The notes below the pieces were generated by a model, which was not told where the DNA came from, made no database searches, and worked only from the letters and a program-made list of their open reading frames with translations. This document shows positions 34,935 to 46,868 of a DNA stretch of 56,029 nucleotides, piece after piece. The stretch is from Psammoneis japonica (lineage: Eukaryota): assembly GCA_008632985.1 (NCBI GenBank), contig QPGO01000010.1:868001-924029 (forward strand), written 5' to 3'. The position numbers and the translations under genes were made by a program. Numbering within the stretch: the stretch's first letter is position 1; every line of letters starts with the position of its first letter.

Positions 34935-35371
34935 AGTGGGGGCCCAGCAGGGGCCGCATGAAAAAACAGCAGCCGACCATGGACAAACCAATGACACCAT
35001 GTGATTGACTGACAGAAACTGACCAGAGCACATTATCAGTGATAGTAAATTTTATGCCTGTCTTAATCATTGTAGCATTTTATTTTTAAATCAATTGATT
35101 GCATACAAAACCCCCAACGACTGAATTTCGCGATAGGAAACTTGATCTTAGAAACGACAAATTAACGCTTTAATAAATAATTGCGTCGAAAAGCGTTACA
35201 CGAGAAAAAAACACGCAAGAGGCACGCGGAGTGAGCGAGCCCCCTTTTCCCGCTCAAATCGCCTCGATCTCTCCCGCAGTAGAAAATCATCTCACTTTTT
35301 TTTCTTTGCTGGGTCGACCAAGCTCCTTTCGTACATTTTTTTGTAAAGCAGTAAAGAAAAGTTTGTTCAAC

Positions 35372-37027
35372 ATGAGTGGTAAGTCTCTATCTCTCGTACG
35401 GAACTTGTTCTTTTCCTCTGCGTTGTTTGCTCATTCGCTCGTTCCTCCTTACAGAGAAATCGGACTTGCACAAAGCTCTCAGCATCTTCAAGATGTTCTA
35501 CTCCACCGTTCTCCTTGTGTTCTCGCTGGTGATCGTTATGGGCTTGATCTTCACAAGGCAGACGGCGTGGTCCGAGCAATACCATCCTGCTCTTGCCTTT
35601 ATTATCCTTTGGGTGATGTTGATTTGGCTCTCGTTCGTCGAGGGCGGACAGGCTTCGTTGGTTGGACTTCACCCGATTGACCGTGAGCTCTACAAGGACA
35701 CCCACCCGATCGCTTACAAGGGCAATGCCATGACCCAACAGGGAGATAACCTCGATCGCTACCTTATGGGCCGTCAGTTCATGGTCATCTTTATCGTTTT
35801 CCTCATCAACAAGTGTGGAGCCCCCATCGAAGGTGCTGAACTCTGGGGATTGCCAAGTGGATTGTCGACATCTTCCTTGTCACCGGATTCGCCATGATCC
35901 TCTTTACGGCACAGGTCGGGCAGTTGCAGTCGCAGGTCAACGCATCGCTCTGTATGCTTGACTACTTCAACGATTATGCAAACCTCTTCACGCTCTACAC
36001 TGCCAGGGCGATTGAATTCACTGGTCTCATGCACTTCTCCTACTTTATCCAGATTTGTGTTGGATACCTTGCTGGCAAGCCCATCGAATCCAAGGAGCCT
36101 CCGCGCAGCACCGGTCAATCTCTTTTCTTCTGGTTCCGTGTCCTTGTCTCGTTTGTCGTCCTCGGCTTTGCCTTGGCAGTCACCCTATCTGCTCTTTTCC
36201 AAGGACAAACCACCATGTGGGACGGTGTTCCCGAGGCAGTTGCCGTGATTCTTTTCTTCCTCCTCATGTCTGTCGTTGGTATGCTCGAAGGTATGCAGAT
36301 TGCCTTCTTTGCCGTCGCCAAGCTTACCAAGGACGAGCGTGGAAGAGCCAAGTGTGCCAAGATGACTTGCGACCTCCTCTACAAGGGCAGGGGACACAAC
36401 CTTCCCAATTTCATGATTGGCCGTCAGCTCAGTGTCGTGTCTTGCTTCTTCATTATCTCTCGTGTCACCACTGTCTCGATGGACGAGGGCAAGGGCAACC
36501 TGTGGGGTGTTAGCGATGGACTCCAAGAACTCTTTGAAACTGGTTTCCTTGGTGCCACCATTACTACCATTCTCGGATCCATCTCGTGGCAGCTTGTCGC
36601 GTCTGCCTTTCCCATTGCCTTTTTGTCAAACCCCATCACCTACCTGTTCCTCCGCATCTGTCTATTTTTGGAGGCCACCGGTATTTGCTCTGGAGCATGG
36701 TTCCTTGCCAAGATTGACAAGAAGGTCCGAGGCTTTAAGCGTGACGAAGTTTACATTGGCACTGCTGAGGAACGTGCTGCGCGCAAGGGCGGCAAAGAAG
36801 ACGAAGAAGAAAGTGTCGAGGCTGGCCATTTGTACCCGGCTGTTCCACTCTTGCCCAAGGACGTAGAATACAATGACCTCTCTCTCGATCAAATCGAAGA
36901 ACTCGAGGGCGAGATTGATGAACACATGAAGGAACTGCAGGAGCGCAAAGCCGGTTTGTCACTGCAGAAACAAAAGCTGATGAATCCTGACGGTTCAAGC
37001 GGCACTGCTGACATTGAAGAACCCTAA
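35372..37027 (+). pseudogene. SIT: Second SIT copy with a 1-bp deletion frameshift (possibly a consensus error)
   Basis: Otherwise matches the first copy. TTGCCTAAGTGG reads TTGCCAAGTGG at ~35854, which splits the ORF into 35376-35897 and 35894-37027. Confidence 0.85.
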
Positions 37028-37496
37028 GAGGGGATTCCCATCTATAATATCTAGGCCCCACACATATGGCGCCCTTTCGATGTTGGTAGTATTTGCCTTT
37101 GTTCATAACACAATGGCACAACATTTGCGTAATCCACCCGAATAAAATAATTTGACATTGTTTTGGGACACTTTTTATTTACTAGTGCCATGGTCTTCAT
37201 TTATCATCGGCCAGGAGAAGAAACAAGTAGGCCCTTGTGGTGTTGGGAGCTAGTAAAGATACGTCCTACTGTAGTTTCGCCACCGGACCGGTTTAGCGCA
37301 GCAGATTTGACACAAGCACCCTAAGGGTTCCCATCTATATCTAGGCCCCGCACTTTCTATTTTACTAGTGCCGTGGTTTTCATTTATTATCGGCCAGGAG
37401 AAGAAACAAGTAGGCCCTTGTGGTGTTGGGAGCTAGTAAAGATACGTCCTACTGTAGTTTCGCCACCGGACCGGTTTATCGCAGCAGATTTGACAC

Positions 37497-38169
37497 CGTG
37501 GTTCGAAGTAGATTACAATTCGGTGATTCATTCCAAAGAGCAGAAACAATTCAGAAATCTCCAGTACTGTCGACTCAGGCGACTGTAAAATCGGTTGGAG
37601 CCAATTCTTGTCTATTGTGAATTGTCTCATCCTGACTCGCTGTCTCGACGCTACTTGCTTGGGCACGATTTGCGCTTAGAACCAAAGATATTGATGGAAC
37701 AGTTGCTGCTCCATTTGATCCGGTCACCTTCTTTATAGGTACTTTGATATGGTGATCCTCTCGTCGTGGACGTTTGGACTCAGTGAAAACTTGAGACTTA
37801 CCCCAATTTTGCTTTGTCCATATGTGTTGTCACAGAGGAGGCAAGTCGGGATCTTCTTCAGTTTCTATCTCAAAGCTGTCCCAAAGGATGTGTTGTGCTG
37901 CTGTACGTCCCAATAATGGGGTCTGACCCTTTCGGAAGAGTGATGGAACAGAATCTCCTTGTTTCGGATGAATCGTGCCTCCTTCGAACACGAACACTCC
38001 ACGATCAGCTGGCAAAGATGGTGGCTTGCGGTTTTGACCACGCCGTTGGATGTGACAAAGTGGAGTGCTTATTAATACGCGACCGTGGTGACGCCGGAGC
38101 AACGCCGTCGAGCCAATCAATGTGACTTTTTAGACGAAAAGGCATTATTGTCTGCTTGTATGCTGCAAG
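37497..38169 (+). pseudogene. LCMT1/PPM1-like remnant, duplicate copy
   Basis: Matches 11988-12660. Confidence 0.7.
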
Positions 38170-39604
38170 TCACACAACAGTTTCGGACGAGCTTTCACAA
38201 AAGTTGGGCCTTCATCTCCCATTGGTTTTGTTGACGGTCGGTGTCACCTGGCTACCACGCCGTGACTGGCTTTCAATCTCTAATGAAGACATAGCTAGAG
38301 TAGGCTCGAGTAGACTAACTTTCATTCCTGCGATAAAATCTTCAGATCTACGCATCTTCGGGCTTTTCTTGCTTACCGGAAAGCTTGTAACCGAATCGAT
38401 TCTGATGTCTTAGTCGTTGCGTTCTAGTACGCTCCTCTCGTACAAAGGTGATGGTGGAAAGAAGTTGGGAGAGGGGAGGAATAGTCTGTACAGATCCATG
38501 TTGTTTGCCACAAAGAATGGCTCCAGACCTTGACGCACGCTCCTACGACGTATTGATGCATCCACCTGCTGCTCCTTGGTACAGCTCGGGACGGTGACTT
38601 CCCGGTGAGATGCGGCACTTAAACTCATGTCGTGATTGATTACAGAGGACGGATAGGCAGAAGGCAAGCCAACCGCACATTCTGTTAGGGTAAATTCAAC
38701 CGCACGAAGAAAATGTAGAATTTTGGAGGACTTTGTACAAAGTTTCTGCCGGAGGTAATGTCCATGTGGTCTTCGTCGTGGGATCGACATCGAGTTGGAT
38801 GTGTCTGTGCAAGAGGAAGCAACGAGACTGTTATGGATTCTTCGAGTACCATACCTAAAGCTACCAGTGCAGATTGATCAAACGATCAAAACAATGGGTG
38901 GGCCGCGTGATTTCGCTGTGCCGCCTTCCTCGTTGGTTTCTGTTGAACGTTGCGCTTTCCCCGCGAGATTCAGGAACAGATACTTAGACCTCTTCTGTTC
39001 TTTCAAAAAGTTGTCAAAAAGGCGATACGTTTCGTCGTCACTTCCATAAGTCCACCTGCCCTCTTGCCACGGAAGTCGTTTCGGTTTTCTGGTTTTGGGC
39101 GAATTCTCGTCAGCAGAAACATCATTTTTGGCCAAGAAACGATGCTTCAACCAAGTGCAGTTGCTCTGATATTGTAAACGAGGTCGTCGAATCAATGACC
39201 AAGCCTGCTCTTCTGCACGTTCTGAGATGAACTTGAGGTGTGATGGTCGCAACGGAGAGTCGGATAAAAAAAAGGTGATTATTTGAATCATTGTTTGATG
39301 TTTCGGGGACCGGCATTGATTCTATAAGACCTCTTCAGAAAGGTGGTTCGTCGGATTACTGTTGCTTTCTCCAGAGTAAGTACAGTGAGTGGCCCACCCA
39401 ACAAGGGAGCTGATCTCCTTCACTGGCATCGACTGAAAGCACAATCCTCGCCAGCCCAAGAAGAATCAGCGAATGTGTTCCAATCTACATAGTCTCTCTT
39501 TGTATCGCTCAGTTTTTTGTCCGTATCCTCACTATCTTCAGGAGCCCGAGAAGCGACATTTCGTGGTTTGTTGGGTCTGTTAGAGTTTCTTTCATAAAAA
39601 AAAG

Positions 39605-40516
39605 TCAACTATCCATGGTACATATCCTTTCACAGTAGCGTTCAACTAATCCCTTACAGATTGATGGCGGTTCAAAATCGAAAAAGCAGTAGTCTTGCTT
39701 CACATGTTTGCAGATTCTCAAAATAACCGCGGGACTGACATCGTGATGGAGATTATGAAATCTCATCTTTTTCCGATTTCTCAAGGACACGTTTCTTACA
39801 AGAGACTCATTCCAGTGCATGCGATGGATTTGGAAAAACATCTTTATATCCTTCATCTCACCAACAAATTTGATCCGATCCAGGTAGCGGAGTGGCTCGG
39901 TTCTATGAATCAAATATTCTATTTGAGGCGCTGTGTGGCGAAAGCAAATGTTTCCTCGCGCCTTGTTTAGGAATTCCAAAACTGATTGGTTGGAGTAGGC
40001 AAAATGAAATGATGTTGGCTGCTGGCGAAGGGCGCATTCCTTGAATCCAGCGAAAAAGTGATCTATTGGATCTCGAACAAACGTAAAGAGGTCATGGGTT
40101 GCGTACACGGGATTTTCCCTCGACAAAACGAAGGAAGATAGATTGCACTGACGAGATATAGTTGTCCCTCCTGCCTTGAGGATGTGGATGTAAGCCCATC
40201 TATCATTGCAGTCACAAAGGTGCTCACTGTTGAAGTCCCGTCTTGTTTGGACGGCATACTTTCGAATGCAGGGAAGATTTCGATTCCATGACTTGCTTTG
40301 CAAGAAAAAGGCATTACGAGTTGTAGTGTTTGCCGATAAAACCAGGTCGCCCGTCATGCCAACGACAGATGATTCTAGCTCGGAGGAAGCCGCACCATTG
40401 TTTTTGTCTTTGTCCGCCTCCGCAAAGATCACGCCAAACACTACGAGATACTGCACGGTTACAAATGCTAGGATGAGCAGGGGAATAACTGATTTTCCTT
40501 TAGCGGCACCAAACAT
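39605..40516 (-). CDS. Sulfotransferase-family protein, duplicate copy (intact)
   Basis: The translation from MFGAAKGK onward is identical to 14096-15007. Confidence 0.85.
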   Translation of the reverse strand: MFGAAKGKSVIPLLILAFVTVQYLVVFGVIFAEADKDKNNGAASSELESSVVGMTGDLVLSANTTTRNAFFLQSKSWNRNLPCIRKYAVQTRRDFNSEHLCDCNDRWAYIHILKAGGTTISRQCNLSSFVLSRENPVYATHDLFTFVRDPIDHFFAGFKECALRQQPTSFHFAYSNQSVLEFLNKARGNICFRHTAPQIEYLIHRTEPLRYLDRIKFVGEMKDIKMFFQIHRMHWNESLVRNVSLRNRKKMRFHNLHHDVSPAVILRICKHVKQDYCFFDFEPPSICKGLVERYCERICTMDS

Positions 40517-43500
40517 TTTCTCCTCCAACGAAAGAAGCGGCACCAAAGGAACGACGCTTTCGGTACAGCATACAGAAGAAATGATGCTTTGCTTTGTTCT
40601 TTCTATCACAAGTCTCTATTTCAAACGGAATTTTGCCAACAGCTCGGTTGGCAAAAATGACCGTCAGAATAGGTTGGGAACCTGTCCCGAAAATCTCGAT
40701 TCAAACAGACGCAAAGACAAAAGACCTCCTACTCGAGTTGCACGCAACAAACTGCGGCGCAGCACAATGATGAGTGCCGCCGGTGTCACCGTAGGCATTT
40801 TGATATCTCAACGAGTCTTTCACCGATTTTCCAGTTTCTTGTTTCATTCTTAGCGATAATTTCACAATCTGTCCGATTGGTTTGGTCCCATTGTGTGTCA
40901 ATTTCAAGTTTCAAGGTCAGAAAGAATGACACCCAAAATGACCCTTCAACCGCAGCAACGATGACCGATGAGGTGGCTGGACCTGGACGAGATGGGCGCT
41001 CGTGCTATGCCAGTGTGTTGGACAGATCGATTAGATGTAGATGCGATGCATGTGGATGCATGAGATGTTCTGGTCCCTTCTCTGGCTGAAAATCAGCATG
41101 TTCCTCCTCCCCCTCCTGTGCAGACGAATGAGGGTGTGGCCACCTCCCATGAGGAGACCAGGGGGCGTGACTGAAACAGAGCTTGGTCTGCTTGGCACAC
41201 AGCTCTTCTCAAATCACGATGTTGCAAGGCCATGCTGACACATCTCTTTGGCTTTGGACTTTAAAAATCAATGAAAAAACAAGCAGTTTTGCTTGTCAGA
41301 AAGTGTGCAAGAGCACCACAAAATTTGTGGCACAAGTTGTGGAGAGAACAAGTTGGGAGAGCTTCTTCATGAAACACCTTCGCTGGGCTGGGAAGCACGG
41401 GGCCATGGAAACAGTCTCTGGATGAGTTGAAAGTTGCCAGAAGTGCAGCTCTGTCATGGCAGAGTCTGTTGCAAAGATCATCAATGTTCTGAGCATCCCC
41501 CCTCCCTTCTCACTCAGGCCTGGCAGCTCCGATTTGTTGCACTTCCAGATTCTGTCTGTCTGCAGGGTCTGGCATCTGCAAAAAGATTTCCAAATTTCTC
41601 TTCATCTTCAGAGCAGAGTCGAGTCAAGTGCTTTCTGTGCTGGCAATGATGGGCTTGGCATGCCCCATGTGCCAGCAATGACAGCACATTTTTCTTTGAA
41701 GTGTGCGCCAATGAAGCCAAGGAGCCAACTTGCACCAAGTGGTGCCAAGGTGGTGCAGCGACCCCTTTGAAGAAGGCTTTTCCCAGCATCTTCATGTTTG
41801 GGGCTGTTTGAGATGATTTTGTCATGAATGACAGCACTCGCCAAATGTGGGCAGCATTGTGTTTGGAAGTGAGTGGATTGAGCAGTTGATGCACACCTGT
41901 GCAGATGGACTTTGCTTTGCCAACATCATTGTGCTCCCCAACAAAAGCTGCTTGCTCCTCCCACTTGTCCAAGAATCTTCTCACTGCACAATGATGCCAC
42001 ACTTGGCAAATTGCTTGAAGTGGAGCTTTGCACGGTGGTCGTCATCCATCTTCTGGATCAAACAGGTCAAGTTGAAAGCAACATTTGTGCCTTCTGAAGG
42101 CAGAACAAACAAGTTTTGAACCTGTCATCCATGGAAAAAATGTTGAGAATGTGTGGATTGGCTCTGGCATGAGAGCATCAGACAACAGGCTGGGTTGTGA
42201 GAATCACAGCACTCATTGCACTGAACATGTGCACTGCTGTGAGCAATGTTCTCTGTTGACAAATCTTTTTCTTCAGCTGCAGGAGGACATTTGAGTGCCT
42301 GTGGTGACCCCAGCAACTGCTGCTCCTCTCCTGCCCACTGTTCCTCAATCCTCAAGCAAGTCTCCCTGCTGTCATGAACAAATTTGGCACCAAGCCTTGC
42401 AATGTGCTGACCTCCTCAAACTTGGTCCTCCAGTCCTCTGTTTCCAGCACCGTTTTCTCAAAACATGATGAGTTTGGTGCACAATTCATGTTGGCACCAA
42501 AGTCAACCCACATCAGTCCTCTGGAGACAATTTGTCTGCACAGCATTGATGTTGCAACCATCCGCAGCTTCTGCACTTGCCCGGTTCTTTCATGTGCTTG
42601 CAACCTGGCATGAGCATGATGATCTCTTGCAGACACATTGGTCATTGCTGGGCACACTTTCCTAAAACCATGCACTGCCCACTGCGCATCACAGTCTTGA
42701 AAATCAGCACTGCTTGAGCAAGACAAGGGCAGGACAACTTGGTCAGTTTGGGTGGCTGCCAGATGCTTTGTGCAAAGTCCAGCAGCATGTTGCCTCTGCC
42801 TTTCTTCATCAACAACTCCCAGCCCCAATGTTTGCAAACACAACCCAAGTCTTTGCAGCTCCTTGCAACATCAGCAATGTCTTCTCAAAACCCAGAACCT
42901 TGTTGCAGCAGGGGTGCACCACCTTTTGGCAGTGAAGATGTGTCGCCCAGTTTGCAGCAAAGGACAAACTCAGCACTTTGACACCTGGGTGTCTTTGCCT
43001 TTTTGACTTTGGTGTCAGAGTCCCTGACTGAACACTGTCAACAAAGACTCCAACACCTTGACCAACACAGTGTGCCATGACAGCAGCAGCATTTGCATCA
43101 ATGGCATCACACACAAACTCTTCTTGTGTCATCTCACAACAAGTGTCAACAGCTGGCACTGTGCTCTGAAAACTCCACAGCTTGGCTCAAATTCTCCAAA
43201 TGAAATGACTCAACAAAGCAAGCTGCAGTTTTCTTGTAGAAATTTTTGTTCCAAAGAGGTGTGATTTTCCTTCAAGGTTGTGCCACTTGTTGTTGTGTTG
43301 CCCAACTTGACAAGGTCAGATGGCAGCAGCTTGCTGCAGTCATTTGTGCCATGAAGACTCATTGTGTGCCATGGTGGTGGCTGGTGTTGACTTGAACAAC
43401 AACCACTCATTAACTCTAAAATCAACTTTGCTTGCTTGGGAGTTTGCTTGGTGTTGCCAAGTGTGTTCCCTGCAGCAGCGGGTGTGGTGGTGGAAGGGCC

Positions 43501-43865
43501 CACTTTGACTTCAGCAGCTGCTTCTGCTGCTTCTTGTGTGGGTTTGGCAAAGTGTGTGCCCCCATCATTTTCTGTTGCATTGGTTGCACACCTGTGTTGT
43601 TGCACAACAGCTGCCTGCACTCCAGAGAATGAGCCAGGTCAGTGACCAAATTTGGTGAGCAGGTGAGCAGCAGCACTTTCTCTGGCAGCTCCAATTTGCT
43701 GATGCAAAAGACTGAGTTCAGCCACCAAAAACTGAGTGTGCTGATTTGCACTTGAGCTGCATGATGATGATTGCTCTTCAGACAATGGGCCAAGTCAGTG
43801 ACCAAACTTTGTGCATGGGTGTGCAACAGCATTTTCTCCAGCAGCTCCAACAGGTTGGTGCAGTG

Positions 43866-45258
43866 TGTCACGGTCAGCTGTAGAGCTCGTAGGACAGATG
43901 GACAGACGGACGGATGGACAGACGGAGCTCATTCGCACTGACTCAGAGAGATGATGTCGAAGATTCTCTGACGTAGCTAGCTCATAGACCACAGAGTAGT
44001 CGCAAGCCTCTTTAGCTCACAACATCTACACAAGACAGGTTGTGTAGCCCTCGTTGCCTCTGCAACCTTTTTGACAACAAACACCACCAACACCCACCAC
44101 CATGGCACCACCCTCCAGCACCAAACGCACTGGCAAGTCCAAATCGGGCAAGGGCTCTTCTGAATCGCAGAAGCCCAGCGCCACCACGACGCCCTCGCCA
44201 TCTCGCAATGCAGGGTTGGCCGGCATGGAGCGCGTCCCTCGAAAGAAGGGTGGGAAAGTCGACACGGCTCTCGATGAACTCATCGAACATGCGCCCAAAA
44301 AGGCGCCGCGTGATGACGATGTCGACCATCAGAACCCTGATGGCAACGCACTTAAGGACGATGACGTGCGTGACAATGACGGCATTGCAAAACTCATGTC
44401 AGTGACGAACTCGGATGATGTGGACGTTTCTGACGACGACAGTGTCTCGTCTGACAAGTCCGACAAGTCCAACACGGAAACCCCCCGCAAGCGCACCAAA
44501 AAGCACTTGTCTGAGCGCAAGCACGAGAGGCTTGCCGCCCGCATTGACGAAGTCACTACGGCTGCATGCGCTGACAAGCGCATTGCACAACCAGCTAAAC
44601 CGCTAGAAGACAAATTGACTGTGTCCCCTGAGTCATTCTTTGGCTTCCTCTTTTGTCTTGAGGAACGTCTTCAGAGCTCCCCTGTGTGGGCGAAAGTCAT
44701 GAAGCTCAACAACGGCATGTCTTTGACAAAAAACTTTGCCAAAGTGGAAGCGCATGTTTTCGAATTCCCAGCTGATGTGCCATGGGGTGTTGAAACCGAC
44801 GAGGTCATCGCCAAGAAATCCGATGGCCAGACATCCATGCATTTCGCGCAACGTGCGCTCAAGGCCCTGCTTGTTGCCTCGTGTGACAAAGAGCTGCGTC
44901 AGGCGATTGCGTCCGATGAAAATGTCATGGATCATCTCCATGAGGATGGCGCAATGTGCTTCTACCATGGCTTCAAGCAGCTGTTCCCATCGCCCGAGAT
45001 GTGTGTTAGCGGCATCCAGACAAAATTGTCTGAGGCAGGTTTCTCTCATTGACGATTGCGATGGCAATGTCAACGCGCACATGCATGAGTTCAGGCAGAA
45101 CCTCCGCCTGGTTCACAAGCGTGATGACACGCTCGAGCACACTCTCGTCGAGAAAGCCTTCAACGAACTCCAAACCGCTGCATGCAAGCCATTCGCAGCC
45201 AAGATGGCCGAGCATGAGACCGATTGGATGCGCAAGAAACACGTTAAATGGACCGTCA
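43866..45258 (+). mobile_element. Duplicate LTR + PBS + gag-like ORF (316-aa open frame 44102-45052)
   Basis: Copy of 18366-19757 without the first frameshift. Confidence 0.65.
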
Positions 45259-46853
45259 CAGCAAATCAAATTTTTGCTGGTCTTCACCCAAGCACACAAC
45301 AGACAAAGCACACAATGAATCAAGTGGAGCAAAGCCAAGCAACACCAAGTCTTCAAAGTGCAAATGTGTCATGTCTGGAGAAGCTTGGGCTTGAAAACAA
45401 AACCTTGATCTTGACTTGGCTGACTTGAGAACTCAACTTGGTTTTTGGCTTGAGGCTTGGTCCGTGTTGCAGGTCAGAAGCTTTTCCACACCATGCCATC
45501 CCACACACAGATCACATTTTGTCCAGTCATTTTTGCCAAACAGCTGATGATCAATGATTGCCACACATGCCAGAAACTGCAATCTCTGGCAGGTGATGAC
45601 AAAACTGTCTGGTGCTGAATCCTGCATGGGCACAATCATGTGTGACAAACCCAGTTCTTCCTTGAGCCAGCAAGGTGTGGTGGGTGCAGGCTGTGGTTTT
45701 GGTGCTGGGGCAGGGCCAGTCACAGGAGCAGGTGTTGTTGCTGTTGGCTGGTGATGGGTTGGGGTGTGGGAAGAGGAGATGTGGGGTGCGACATTGGCAG
45801 AATGTTGCCAGGGATGCTGCAGGGATTTGGTTTGCCTCCAAGTGATTTCCAAAGCCAGCGGTGCCAGGTCATCCAGATTGACAAGAGACTGGACAGCTGA
45901 CTTGATGCTGAGGTGGCCTCAATGATGCACAGACTTGCTGCTGATCTTTTGGGTGAAGGCTTGCTTCTGAGGATGTTGGATCTGGACCAACACGTTGTGG
46001 TGTGTCAGTTGGTGTGTGTTGCTCTGTGCCACACATGCAGTGAGTGAGCTGATCAGATGGAACCCAAGAGTTTGCCAATGTTCTGGAGATGAGTTGAAGG
46101 GCTGGTCATGTGCAATGTGTTGGGATGAGCTGACAACTTCTCCTCCTCTGTTTTTGTTGTCTGCAATCTGCACTCAGTGACTCCAAGCAAGGCAATGAAA
46201 ACTTTGGAAAGTCAGCAGGTTTGGCCTTTTGGCAAGGGCAGCTCCCAGCCTTTCCAAACCTCATGGCAAGCTTCTTGCACAAAACAGCAGTGTTTTCCCA
46301 ACTGCCAACTTGTGGCGTCCTCTCTCTGCTGCTTTTTTGCAGATCTTGCCTGCAGCCATTCTCAGCAACAGGCTCCAGAGCAGGACACCAAGTTCTGTTG
46401 GGTGAGCAGCCTTCTCCCATGATGGTGGATGGCATGAGAGGCAAGGTCTCAGCTGGTGAGATGCCTGGAGCTGCTGTGTGGGTGCAGACACCTGCTGGCC
46501 ATGTTCCAGCTCTGGGCAGGACCTCATGCTGCTGGACTGTGGCACGAATGTTCTTTGTTGTGCTTCACATGTCATGCAATCACACTTTGGTGGTGTTTTG
46601 CATCATTTTGCAGCACAATTGTTGGGCAATCCATGCAACAATTTTCATCCATGCAACAATTTTCAACACATTTTTACACAAAGCTGCTCTTGAAAGTCTG
46701 CAGAGTGGTGCAGTGCAGCTGGATTTTCAAAAATTGTGAGTGCAAGGAATTGTGATTGCACTGCAAACTTGGCCATTTGTTTGGACGTCAAAGACAAACA
46801 TGGTTGTTGCTCAGCACACAAGCTGCAGAGCTTGTGCATGGAATTTGGGGGGG

Positions 46854-46868
46854 NNNNNNNNNNNNNNN
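46854..46868. other. 15-N gap within a poly-G run (copy A has ~23 G at 21347-21369)
   Basis: Seen directly. Confidence 0.95.

Larger units (their letters stand above)
15540..35030. other. TpA-depleted, CpG-reduced degenerate repeat/TE domain
   Basis: Same composition as above. The main exception is the LTR at 18366-18550. Confidence 0.92.

Noticed and set aside
15540..35030. Alternative genetic code or classical fungal RIP as the explanation
   Set aside because: The depletion is independent of frame and strand, and the island genes use Tyr and TAA normally. RIP would enrich TA, not remove it.
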